Of a DNA stretch of 64,000 nt, positions 51,998-61,602 are shown piece after piece (the stretch's first letter is position 1; every line of letters starts with the position of its first letter). This DNA is from an uncultured Alphaproteobacteria bacterium (GTDB lineage: Bacteria > Pseudomonadota > Alphaproteobacteria > RF32 > CAG-239): NCBI GenBank assembly GCA_944391495.1, contig CALXTU010000002.1:211736-275735 (forward strand), read 5' to 3'. The notes under the pieces were generated by a model. It was not told the origin of the DNA and made no database searches. It saw only the letters and a program-made list of their open reading frames with translations. A program made the translations under genes and the position numbers.

Positions 51998-52777
51998 ATG
52001 CTTGACTTATTAAACACGGTATTCAAATACAAGGAAAAAAGAAGCCCTGACAAACTGGGGCTTTATCCGGAGGCGATACATACCAACGCCATGCCGGAAC
52101 GCCGCTATTTGTGGAGCTCGCGACTTCTGGTTATTTTTGCGGCTTTAAGCATCTGCCTCAATATGATGCTGGTTTCCGGTCTTTATATTATGCTACCGCA
52201 GCGCAGCTCATCGCCGTTGTTGTTTAAACACGACCGGATTTTCAGCCAGTTTGCCCTACTGGAAAAACAGGAGCGTCCTGCAGCCGCAATTGATCTCTTA
52301 ACCGAATCTTTTATTGAAGAATTTATCCTGCTCCGCTATGTCATCTCGTCCGACTATGATGAGCTTCTGACACGTTGGGGGCGCGGTTCGCGTCTGTATT
52401 GGATGTCGTCACGGCTGGTTTATCAGAATTTTATATCCAACGACCTTAACAACAACATCAACCAGTTCAAACTACGCGGGCTGATACGGCTGGCAGAAGT
52501 GGAGTGGATAAAACCGATGTCGCGCGGGTTCTGGATGGCGCAGTTTATTACCATGGATTATTATCCCGGCGAAACCGTGCCGATTATTAACGTCTGGCGG
52601 GCATATTTGCGGGCCATGCTGGCACCGATACCCTATGCAAACAAATCTCTGCGCGACAAAAATCCTTTCGGTTTTCTGGTGACCAATTATTCAATGTCTT
52701 ATGTCGGGACGCCTGATGATCCGGAAAGCTACTTAAATACCGCCAAAGACGTCAGAGCCGAGCTGTATCCGTATTAG
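51998..52777 (+). CDS. VirB8-like protein (T4SS inner-membrane component), paralogue 1
   Basis: An N-terminal cytoplasmic segment and one TM segment are followed by an NTF2-like domain with the NPFGFLVTNY motif. Confidence 0.65.
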   Translation: MLDLLNTVFKYKEKRSPDKLGLYPEAIHTNAMPERRYLWSSRLLVIFAALSICLNMMLVSGLYIMLPQRSSSPLLFKHDRIFSQFALLEKQERPAAAIDLLTESFIEEFILLRYVISSDYDELLTRWGRGSRLYWMSSRLVYQNFISNDLNNNINQFKLRGLIRLAEVEWIKPMSRGFWMAQFITMDYYPGETVPIINVWRAYLRAMLAPIPYANKSLRDKNPFGFLVTNYSMSYVGTPDDPESYLNTAKDVRAELYPY

Positions 52778-52790
52778 TGAAAGGCTGCCG

Positions 52791-53594
52791 ATGATCCTTT
52801 CCGCCCTGTTTCATTATCGCGACAAAAAAAGTCCGGACAAACTCGGACGTTATCCCGGCGATTTTCATATTAAGGCCTTTCCCGAACGGCGATATTTATG
52901 GACATCGCGGATATTGGCCATCTTTGCCGTTTTGAGCTTTTGTCTGACCATTATGCTGGTGATGACGCTGTATCTTTTAATTCCGCAGCAAACGGCAAAA
53001 CCGATCTTTTATGTTTCCGACAAAGATTTGTATCATCTGGAAAACGCCCAGCCCTGGCAGACCAGCGCCTCATACCGCGATCTTTTGAGCGAAAAGTATA
53101 TTACCGACTATATCAAAATGCGCCACGCCATTCCGATTTCTTCCGCCGATTTGTTTTACCGCTGGGATACGAATTCGCTGTTTTATTGGTACTCCGGGTT
53201 GCGAAACTACTATCAGTTTGTCAACAATCTGGATAATGACCAGCTGAAACTGTTTATTCGTCTCAAAATGCGGCGGCAGGTGGAAATAGACTGGATTAAA
53301 AAACTGACCGGCAATTTATGGGCGGCACAGTTCCGGACAATGACCTCGACCAAAGATATGCCGGAGCCGGACATCATCATCTGGCGGGCGTACCTGCGCA
53401 TTTCTTATCTGGAATTTGACCGTTATGAAGATATTGAAAAAGACGACCGCGACAAACTCAACTACACATCAAATCCGTTCGGCTTCAAAGTTATCAACTA
53501 CTCCGTCGCCTATGCCGGAAAACCCGAAAAAGCCGATGATTATCTGACCACCGCCAAAAAAGTTTTTGAAAATCTTGAAGACGTTATCAGATAA
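52791..53594 (+). CDS. VirB8-like protein, paralogue 2
   Basis: It has the same architecture and the NPFGFKVINY motif. Confidence 0.65.
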   Translation: MILSALFHYRDKKSPDKLGRYPGDFHIKAFPERRYLWTSRILAIFAVLSFCLTIMLVMTLYLLIPQQTAKPIFYVSDKDLYHLENAQPWQTSASYRDLLSEKYITDYIKMRHAIPISSADLFYRWDTNSLFYWYSGLRNYYQFVNNLDNDQLKLFIRLKMRRQVEIDWIKKLTGNLWAAQFRTMTSTKDMPEPDIIIWRAYLRISYLEFDRYEDIEKDDRDKLNYTSNPFGFKVINYSVAYAGKPEKADDYLTTAKKVFENLEDVIR

Positions 53595-53602
53595 TAAACA
53601 TC

Positions 53603-55654
53603 TCAGCTCCACATTGCCGCAATATTCCCCGCCGTCTGAAGTTTGCAACGTTCGCTGCCGCGAACCGGAACAAAATCCGCTTCCAAATCCAGCGCCCAAA
53701 TCAGCGGTTGATAATTGACCAGATCCCGTCCAAGCACGATATTATCATGATTGGCCACAAGATAATCCCGAAATCGGCCGATATCCTGAATATAGTGTTT
53801 AATCAGCCCCAAACGCCGGCCATAAGCATTCAGAGCCGTCACGATGACGGCCAGAGAGGCCAGTAAAAGCAGAGCGGCAAGCGGGTGAACCACCGCCGAA
53901 AACACAATCAGCCCCAGCCCGACAATATCTAAAACGAACAAACGTGCCGCAATCTTAAGCCAGCGGCGACGGAAGAAATTCCATAAAAACATTGCCGACA
54001 GGCAAATTACCGAAGTAACGCCCAAAACCGTAAACACATACCAACCATCGGGCCGAAATGCGGCAATAAAAGCCTCTATTATCGCGACCAAGGCCAAGCC
54101 CGACAGTAAATAACCGATATTCAGCTTAAAGCGGAATACGCCGAGCTGCCGCCGGATACCGGCCTCCAGATCTGCGGCAAACCGCTTAAACGGCAGTTTG
54201 TTGCTGCGATTGACGTTAAAAACGGTTTCGTGTGCCGGGAAAAGACGCCGCAGTGCTTTTTGCTCCCATTTCTCAAGGCTTTTAAGATTATCCGTGCGCT
54301 TGATCAATAAAATTGTGTCGCCGGCCTGCTGAATGTCGATAATATTTTTATTATAGAGTTCCAGCAGAAAACCACAGACCGATTTAACATCGAATCGATC
54401 AAACAACAGCAGCCGAACCGCCGCCGCGGTTTTGTTAAACTTAAGTTTTAACTGCCCTTTGTCTTTGGCAATGTAACGCCATGACACGGCAAACGAAAAC
54501 GTTATGACCACCAGACCGAGCAAAGCAAAATAAATATCGCCCCGATTGTAAAAGGCCCGCATGATTTTTTGCCACAAACCGGGAACGACTAAAGCATTTT
54601 TATCAATGTTGGCAATTAAATGCATTCCCTCGCCGACAAACAACGGCCTTGAGGCAATATAGGCTGTTGCCGACGGACCGTTGGGACTGATGCTCACGGC
54701 TCCGCGATTAAGTTGCCGCGGTGATCCGAGCAACACAATTTGTTCCAGCAAGGCGCCGGGACGCGGTAAATTTAAACTGGCGCCGAGCCGGTCGACCACC
54801 AAATTCCAGCCATTGCCGCCGATATCCCAATAAAATTGATAGTAATTGCCGTAATCCCAAAGCAAATTGTCTACTACATATTCAAATTCGTAGGTATAAA
54901 TTCCCGGCGGCAGACGATAATCATCTGCCGGGACCAACAAAATATTGCGACCGTTTGAGGTTAAATGGTATTCAACGGGCATATCGTTAACCCGCACTCC
55001 CAGAATAGAATAATCAAGGCGCTGAGATTTTCCGACGGCATTACGCACATACTGAGGCAAAATTTTGGTTAATCCGCGGTTAAGTTTCTCGCCGTTGGCT
55101 ACCACGACAATTGTTTCTGCAAATTTAACCAATCCGCTCGGCAAAACCTCTATTGAATTCATCAAATAGGGAATATGCTCCAATGCCGGTACGGCTGCCG
55201 GTTGGTTATCCGGCGGCAGGTAGGCCGTTAGCAACGGGACATCGGGCGTTTGCTGCCAATTTTGGCGTTGCTGTTCAACATCGGGCAAAGATGCAGGTTG
55301 GGCAACATCATCTCTTTGACTATCGGCCGGCGATGAAACTCTGTTTAAAGCCTGGTCGTAAATTTTCTCAAAAAAGCTCTTTTGGCTTTCCTGCTCCATT
55401 TGCTGACGCATAAGACTGGGCAGATAGCCGACATTCTGATTAACCGTTTCCGGGTCGGCTTTGACGGCGTTCTTAAAACTGTCGGTCAGAAATTCCTTAA
55501 AATCGTTGAACTCAACTTCATGAACTTCCGGCTCCGTCTGTTCGGCGGGGGGCTGGTATTTTAAATTTTCATAACCGCTAACCGGTGTCACCCGCGCAAA
55601 GGCTGGCACCGCGGATATCAGCATGAAACAAATTGCAAGAAAAAGTTTTTTCAT
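53603..55654 (-). CDS. large membrane protein: signal peptide, periplasmic domain and a C-terminal multi-TM region
   Basis: The 683-aa product has the signal peptide MKKLFLAICFMLISAVPAFA. Confidence 0.5.
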   Translation of the reverse strand: MKKLFLAICFMLISAVPAFARVTPVSGYENLKYQPPAEQTEPEVHEVEFNDFKEFLTDSFKNAVKADPETVNQNVGYLPSLMRQQMEQESQKSFFEKIYDQALNRVSSPADSQRDDVAQPASLPDVEQQRQNWQQTPDVPLLTAYLPPDNQPAAVPALEHIPYLMNSIEVLPSGLVKFAETIVVVANGEKLNRGLTKILPQYVRNAVGKSQRLDYSILGVRVNDMPVEYHLTSNGRNILLVPADDYRLPPGIYTYEFEYVVDNLLWDYGNYYQFYWDIGGNGWNLVVDRLGASLNLPRPGALLEQIVLLGSPRQLNRGAVSISPNGPSATAYIASRPLFVGEGMHLIANIDKNALVVPGLWQKIMRAFYNRGDIYFALLGLVVITFSFAVSWRYIAKDKGQLKLKFNKTAAAVRLLLFDRFDVKSVCGFLLELYNKNIIDIQQAGDTILLIKRTDNLKSLEKWEQKALRRLFPAHETVFNVNRSNKLPFKRFAADLEAGIRRQLGVFRFKLNIGYLLSGLALVAIIEAFIAAFRPDGWYVFTVLGVTSVICLSAMFLWNFFRRRWLKIAARLFVLDIVGLGLIVFSAVVHPLAALLLLASLAVIVTALNAYGRRLGLIKHYIQDIGRFRDYLVANHDNIVLGRDLVNYQPLIWALDLEADFVPVRGSERCKLQTAGNIAAMWS

Positions 55655-55741
55655 AACTTGACACTCGCCGTTTACAGATTCATCATTGCATTATATGATA
55701 GCGGAAAGTTGTTAAAAAGTTATAAAAAGGAGACGACATTT

Positions 55742-56479
55742 ATGGACAATAATCAGGTTGGGGCCATTATCCTGGGCGCCGGAAAAGGAACCCGTATGAA
55801 ATCTAATCTGCCCAAGGTTTTGATGCCGGTGGACGGCAAGCCGATGATCCGGCATATCATTGACACTCTGGAAGACCTCGGCGTTACCAAAATTGTTACC
55901 GTTATCGCGCCGGACGGTGATGCCGTTAAAAAAGAAGTAGCGCCCTACCCGACCTGCGTGCAGGAAAAGCAGCTCGGCACCGGGCATGCCGTTTTGGCGG
56001 CGCGTTCGGAATTCAGGGGATTTAAGGGCGACGTGTTGGTCATTTTCGGCGACCAGCCTCTTTATACCAAAGAAAGCATGCGTAAAATGCTGCGCAAACG
56101 CGCCCAAGGCTACTCGGTCGTCTGCATGGGATTCCGCCCTGCCGATCCGGCAAGATACGGACGTCTGGTCATGGACGGGGACAATCTGAAACGAATTGTC
56201 GAATTTAAGGACGCCACCGACGAAGAAAAGGCCATTACTTTCTGTAATTCCGGCATTATGTGTTTTGACGGCGAAAAACTTTTTGAAATTCTCGGCGCCA
56301 TCAGCAATGAAAATGCGGCGCAGGAGTATTATCTTACCGATGCCGTCGAAATTGCCCTGCGGCTGGGACTCAAATGTTCGGCAGTCGAATGTCCGGTCGA
56401 GGAGGCATCGGCGGCCAACACGCTTGAAGAACTGGCTTTGCTGGAAGAATTAATTCAAAAGAGAAAAAAAACCGCATAA
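55742..56479 (+). CDS. nucleotidyltransferase resembling the GlmU N-terminal (uridyltransferase) domain only
   Basis: The product has GAIILGAGKGTRM and LGTGHAV. No left-handed beta-helix acetyltransferase domain is present. Confidence 0.6.
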   Translation: MDNNQVGAIILGAGKGTRMKSNLPKVLMPVDGKPMIRHIIDTLEDLGVTKIVTVIAPDGDAVKKEVAPYPTCVQEKQLGTGHAVLAARSEFRGFKGDVLVIFGDQPLYTKESMRKMLRKRAQGYSVVCMGFRPADPARYGRLVMDGDNLKRIVEFKDATDEEKAITFCNSGIMCFDGEKLFEILGAISNENAAQEYYLTDAVEIALRLGLKCSAVECPVEEASAANTLEELALLEELIQKRKKTA

Positions 56480-56985
56480 TGGCTTTTATAAAAAAACACT
56501 GGTTCAGTTTTATCATCGGGCTGCTGCTGGCCGTATTCCTGTTGATGTTTATTCTGATTTTGATTGCACCCAAACAGGATGTACAAAAGCGGGGTTTTGT
56601 CGCCTGCTCGCACCAGCTGCTGGCTGATCTCGGTGAATGTGAACGCGGGTTATGGTGCAGCGGCAAGGCGGTTTTGCGGTGCAGCCGGTGTGATATAAAA
56701 GTTATCGGCCGGGGTTTGCAAAACTGGGCAAAAGGTTCTCAACCCGCGCCCTGGAGCAATTATATTTATGAAGCGGAAATTCCGCAAAACGGTTTTATTG
56801 ATGAAGCGGCGCGGCAGGAATATCTGGCGCGTTTCCCCGATACCGAACAGGAAATGGAAAGACTGCATCTTTTGAGAAAGGAATTGGAAAATGAGCAAAA
56901 CATTATCGAAAACAGCCAGGACCTCTGGCCCGAAGAAGACAAGTCTGCCGGGTTGGGATCTGACCGACCTGTATCAGGGGATTGA
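56479..56985 (+). CDS. hypothetical membrane-anchored Cys-rich protein
   Basis: An N-terminal TM segment is followed by CSHQLLADLGECERGLWCSGKAVLRCSRCD. Its 3' end overlaps pepF in a different frame. Confidence 0.4.
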   Translation: MAFIKKHWFSFIIGLLLAVFLLMFILILIAPKQDVQKRGFVACSHQLLADLGECERGLWCSGKAVLRCSRCDIKVIGRGLQNWAKGSQPAPWSNYIYEAEIPQNGFIDEAARQEYLARFPDTEQEMERLHLLRKELENEQNIIENSQDLWPEEDKSAGLGSDRPVSGD

Positions 56986-58738
56986 CGATAAACAAATCGA
57001 TAAAGACCTGGCGGCTTATCGAAAAGCGGCCGAAAGCTTTGCCAAAAAATATAAAGGAAAACTAGCAAGCCTTGATGCCGACCAATTTTTGAAAATGGCG
57101 CAGGAGGCCGAAAAGCGTTCGGTCTTGGGCAGCAAACTCGGTATTTTTGCTTATTTGAGCATGGTTACGCAGATGAAAAATGCCGAAGTGATGACTTTTT
57201 ATCAAAACATCTCGGAAAAACTCAATGAGTACAGCAAACCGACAATCTTTTTGCCGCTGGAGCTGAACCGTCTGCCGCAGGCCAAAATCGACGAATGGCT
57301 GAGTGATGAAAAAGCGGCTTATTATGCGCCGTGGCTCAACCGGGTGCGTTTGTTTAAAGATTATGAGCTGCCGGAAGAAGTTGAGGAAGTTCTGCATGAA
57401 AAATCGGTTACGTCCGGCGAAGGCTGGGAGCGCCTGTATGAAGAAACTTCCGCCCGCCTCAAATATACCGTGGACGGCAAAGAATACAACGATGCCGAAA
57501 TTGCCAAGCTGACGTTGGAAAAATCGGCAGAAACCCGCACCAAGGCCGGAAAAGAGATTGCCCGCGTCTGCACCGAAAACGCGCCGTTGTTTACGCTGAA
57601 CTATAATATGGTGGTTAAAGACAAGGCCATCGAGGATATCAAACGCGGTTTCAAAACGCCGGTGGCATCACAGAATCTGGCCAACCGCGTTGATGACAAA
57701 GCCGTTAATACGCTGGCGGAAACCGTGCGCGCCAATTATGCCAATCTGGCGCATCGGTTTTACAAGCTTAAAGCCAAATGGCTTAATGTCAAAAAGCTGG
57801 AATACTGGGACCGCAACGCCCCGCTACCGTTCAGCGCCGACCGCAAATATTCATGGGACGAAGCGGTTGAAATCGTTCTGGCGGCATATAAGGCTTTTTC
57901 GCCGAAACTCTACGAACTGGCCAAAGACTTTTTTGACAAACAACATTCATGGATTGACGTGCCGCCGCGCGACGGCAAAAGAAGCGGCGCTTTCGCCATG
58001 CCGCTGCCGGAAGGATATCACCCCTACTTATTTTTAAATTTTACCGGTACGCAGAATGATGTTCTGACACTGGCGCACGAACTCGGCCACGGCTGCCATA
58101 TGCGCCTGAGTTCCAAACAGGGTGATTTGAACGACGCCACGCCGCTGACACTGGCGGAAGTTGCCTCAGTCTTTGCCGAGATGCTGACATTCCAGTCATT
58201 ATTGAAAAATACGACGGACGATAAAGAAAAATTGTGTCTGATTGCCGGCAAGGTTAATGATATGATTAACACTTCCATCAGGCAGATTGCCTTCCATTTC
58301 TTTGAGACAAGAGTTCATGACGAACGCCGCAAGGGCGAAGTTTCGCAAAGCCGGCTGGCGCAAATATGGCGTGAAGAAATGAGTGCGTCGCTCGGCAAAT
58401 ATGTTAATATTGACCAGGTAACCGAAAACAACTGGACACAGGTCGGACATTTCTTCTGGCGGCCGTTTTACGTTTATGCCTATTCTTTTGCCGATTGTCT
58501 GGTTAATTCGCTGTATCAGGTTTATCAGGAAAACAAAGTGCCCGATTTTGCCGACAAATATCTGCATATGCTGTCGCTGACCGGCATCAAGCGTTATGAC
58601 GAACTTTTGAAACCATTCGGACTGAACGCCAAAGACAGCAAGTTTTGGAATAAGGGTTTAAGTCTTATCGGTGCTTATATTGACGAATTGGAACGGCTGG
58701 ATAAACAACTCGGCAAAATAAAATGCTGCGGCAAATAA
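56891..58738 (+). CDS. pepF: oligoendopeptidase F (M3B)
   Basis: The product has HELGHGCH (HExxH) and the N-terminus LPGWDLTDLY. Confidence 0.8.
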   Translation: MSKTLSKTARTSGPKKTSLPGWDLTDLYQGIDDKQIDKDLAAYRKAAESFAKKYKGKLASLDADQFLKMAQEAEKRSVLGSKLGIFAYLSMVTQMKNAEVMTFYQNISEKLNEYSKPTIFLPLELNRLPQAKIDEWLSDEKAAYYAPWLNRVRLFKDYELPEEVEEVLHEKSVTSGEGWERLYEETSARLKYTVDGKEYNDAEIAKLTLEKSAETRTKAGKEIARVCTENAPLFTLNYNMVVKDKAIEDIKRGFKTPVASQNLANRVDDKAVNTLAETVRANYANLAHRFYKLKAKWLNVKKLEYWDRNAPLPFSADRKYSWDEAVEIVLAAYKAFSPKLYELAKDFFDKQHSWIDVPPRDGKRSGAFAMPLPEGYHPYLFLNFTGTQNDVLTLAHELGHGCHMRLSSKQGDLNDATPLTLAEVASVFAEMLTFQSLLKNTTDDKEKLCLIAGKVNDMINTSIRQIAFHFFETRVHDERRKGEVSQSRLAQIWREEMSASLGKYVNIDQVTENNWTQVGHFFWRPFYVYAYSFADCLVNSLYQVYQENKVPDFADKYLHMLSLTGIKRYDELLKPFGLNAKDSKFWNKGLSLIGAYIDELERLDKQLGKIKCCGK

Positions 58739-59475
58739 TCGACATTGCCCGTGAATGCGGCGCCGTCATGCGGGAAGCCCATGCCGCGAAAATTGAGAAA
58801 AAGCAAGACAACCCGCGGAATTTGGTTACCGAATACGATATCCGAATTCAGGAGATGCTGAGGCAAAAACTGACGACACTGCTGCCGGAAGCGACTTTTC
58901 TCGGCGAAGAGGGAAAATATGATTTTCGGCGCGAAGGCTTTTGTTTTATCTGTGATCCGATTGACGGAACGACCAATTTTATCAAGAACCTGAAACACAG
59001 CGCCGTTTCGATTGCTTTGCTCAATAACGGCAAACCGGTTATGGGTGTTATTTATGATCCTTATCTTGACGAAATGTTTTGGGCCGAAAAGGGAAAAGGC
59101 GCCTTCTTAAACGGCAAAGCCATCCATACGACTGACGAACCGTTGGCAAATTCATTAATTGCCTTCGGATCGGCGCCGTATAATTCGGCACTGCACGGGC
59201 GGACAATTGCTCTGGCGGCCAAAAGTCTTGAACTCGGGCTGGATATCCGACGAGCCGGGGCAGCCGTACTTGATCTGGCTTATGTGGCGGCCGGAAGATA
59301 CGGCCTGTTCTGGGAACTTGAGCTGCAGCCGTGGGATTATGCCGCGGGTTGTCTGCTGGTTCAGGAGGCCGGCGGTATTATCCGGACAGCGGAAAACAAA
59401 GAGCTGACGGATTATTTCGGCGTTTCTTCCGTGGCCGCCATGGCGCATCCGCAAACGGCCGCCTTGTTTGATTGA
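58723..59475 (+). CDS. inositol monophosphatase family protein (SuhB-like)
   Basis: The product has the motifs DPIDGTTNF and WDYAAG. Confidence 0.8.
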   Translation: MLRQIIDIARECGAVMREAHAAKIEKKQDNPRNLVTEYDIRIQEMLRQKLTTLLPEATFLGEEGKYDFRREGFCFICDPIDGTTNFIKNLKHSAVSIALLNNGKPVMGVIYDPYLDEMFWAEKGKGAFLNGKAIHTTDEPLANSLIAFGSAPYNSALHGRTIALAAKSLELGLDIRRAGAAVLDLAYVAAGRYGLFWELELQPWDYAAGCLLVQEAGGIIRTAENKELTDYFGVSSVAAMAHPQTAALFD

Positions 59476-59671
59476 CCGGCTGCAAAAGGCTAAATTTCAC
59501 TTTTTTGTCGTCAGACACTAAAAAGTTGAGCATTTTCGTTATAACTATTCAATAGCCGAAAAATCCGACACCCAAAACCGAAAAATATGGTATATGAAAA
59601 ATCACGCATTTAGAATAGTATATTCCTTGTAAGCATAACCAACCAAATATCTGCAAGGAGGAACTTCGACT

Positions 59672-59875
59672 ATGTTAACCGGAACTGTCAAATGGTTTAA
59701 TTGTAAGAAAGGGTATGGCTTTATTGAGCCTGAGACCGGAAATAAAGATGTGTTTGTCCATATCACACAACTGGAAAAAATCGGATTGAAAAGACTAAAT
59801 GACGGACAGCGCGTCGGATATGAACTTTATGATGACCGCGGACGAATTGCAGCAGGAAATATTAAGATTTTGTAA
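59672..59875 (+). CDS. cspA: cold-shock protein (CspA family)
   Basis: The product has GTVKWFNCKKGYGFI and VFVHI. Confidence 0.9.
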   Translation: MLTGTVKWFNCKKGYGFIEPETGNKDVFVHITQLEKIGLKRLNDGQRVGYELYDDRGRIAAGNIKIL

Positions 59876-59966
59876 TTTTTTCTCTCACAACTCCGAAGGA
59901 CTAAAAAACAAGAGAATTCTCTTGTTTTTTAGTCTGTAAAGCATCTTTCGGACAAGGAGGTTTATT

Positions 59967-60035
59967 ATGCGCCTTTGGTATTGGATTGTTATTGTCGTAT
60001 TCGTTTTTGTCGTCGGAATCAGTCTTTTATGGTAA
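59967..60035 (+). CDS. 22-aa hydrophobic peptide (MRLWYWIVIVVFVFVVGISLLW) with a strong SD
   Basis: The SD aaggagg lies 7 nt upstream of the ATG. The ORF is followed by the palindrome TTTGACGctgcaaCGTCAAA and a T-run. Confidence 0.4.
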   Translation: MRLWYWIVIVVFVFVVGISLLW

Positions 60036-60155
60036 AAAGTATCAAAATATCGTCAAATTTGACGCTGCAACGTCAAACTTGACGTTTTTTTATACTTTTT
60101 GCGTATAAAGTGCTTGACAAAAGCCGTCTTGAAGCGTAAAAGGACACTATCTTAT

Positions 60156-60232
<77 letters not shown>

Positions 60233-60539
60233 AAGAAATTCAAGGCTTTCGAGAAATCGAGAGCCTTTTGTTTTATCCAAAATGGGACACTGCTGGGACA
60301 TTAAAGATAAAAAATACAAATAATCAGAAACTAATAACAACACAGAAACCCTCTAAAATAGACTTTTTTAGACTTGTATGTCCCTTTAGTGTCCCACAGA
60401 GTGATTAGCGCATATATTTATCCCGTTAATTCAATATAATATATATCAGGAAACATCAGCTTGTAAAACTTGTTGACATATATTCTGACTTCTTTTAGAC
60501 TCTTTTTATCTATTTTAATTTATTAAAAAGGTATTGGTT

Positions 60540-61601
60540 ATGGCGTCTATTGAAAAGAGAACAGCTAAAGATGGAACAATTTCTTATCGGGTAAAAATCA
60601 GAATAAAAGGATTTCCAGCGCAAACCGCCACATTTACAAAACTTTCATTGGCTAAAGATTGGGTTGCTCGGACTGAAACAAAAATAAAAGATGGAAAATA
60701 TTTAAGTGAAATTCAAGCAAGAAAGCATTTTGTTTGGGAAATAATAGAGCGCTATAAGAATACGGTTCTTATTCATAAGAAGGCTATAGTTAAAGATTGG
60801 ACTTCTCAATTAAATTGGTGGAATGACAAAATTGGTCAATATGCTTTGGCAGATGTTACTCCAGCGCTTATTTCTCAAATGAGAGATATACTTTCACAAG
60901 AAAATGGAGCAAAGGGCAAACCTCGGAGTAATGCAACAGTAAACAGATATCTTACAACAATGCAGTGTGTGTTTTCGGTTGCAGTAAAAGAGTGGGAATT
61001 GCTTGATGTGAATCCATTTTTTAGAGTGAAAAAATTACAAGAGCCAAGAGGTCGTGTTCGTTATTTGAGCAAAGAAGAAAGAGAAAGTTTGTTGGCTGAA
61101 TGCCAGAAAGCATCTAATCCATATTTATATCCAGCTGTAATTGTTGCTTTGTCAACTGGAGCAAGAAAAATGGAAGTTATGAGCTTAAGGTGGGAGGATG
61201 TTGATTTGGCTAATGAAAGGGCTATCTTGCAAGATACCAAAAATGGAGAGAGAAGAACAATTAATCTATTGGGTGTCGTTAATCAGTTGATGCAAGATTT
61301 ATATAATAAACGTCGAAAATCTGATATTTATGTTTTTCCAAGTCATGATGGGAAAAAGCCATTTGATATAACAAGAAGTTGGAAAGCTGCAGTTAAAAGA
61401 GCCGGAATAAAAGATTTTCGCTTCCATGATCTGAGGCATACCACCGCTAGTTATCTTGCAATGCAAGGAAAATCTATGGGTGAAGTTGCTGAAGTTTTAG
61501 GTCATAAAACTTTGCAAATGGTCAAAAGATATGCTCACTTGTCTGATGAACACAAAAAATCATTAACAGCAGATATGAATAAAGCAATTTTTGGAGAGTA
61601 G
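60540..61601 (+). CDS. int: tyrosine-type site-specific integrase
   Basis: The C-terminal catalytic motifs are FHDLRHT...HKTLQMVKRYAHL. A TTG start at 60534 is an alternative. Confidence 0.85.
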   Translation: MASIEKRTAKDGTISYRVKIRIKGFPAQTATFTKLSLAKDWVARTETKIKDGKYLSEIQARKHFVWEIIERYKNTVLIHKKAIVKDWTSQLNWWNDKIGQYALADVTPALISQMRDILSQENGAKGKPRSNATVNRYLTTMQCVFSVAVKEWELLDVNPFFRVKKLQEPRGRVRYLSKEERESLLAECQKASNPYLYPAVIVALSTGARKMEVMSLRWEDVDLANERAILQDTKNGERRTINLLGVVNQLMQDLYNKRRKSDIYVFPSHDGKKPFDITRSWKAAVKRAGIKDFRFHDLRHTTASYLAMQGKSMGEVAEVLGHKTLQMVKRYAHLSDEHKKSLTADMNKAIFGE

Positions 61602-61602
61602 T

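Noticed and set aside
56891-56985. The 95-nt overlap between the 168-aa membrane ORF and pepF
   Set aside because: It could indicate a mis-set start. However, the pepF N-terminus (LPGWDLTDLY) is typical of M3B peptidases, so the overlap is kept as a genuine different-frame overlap.
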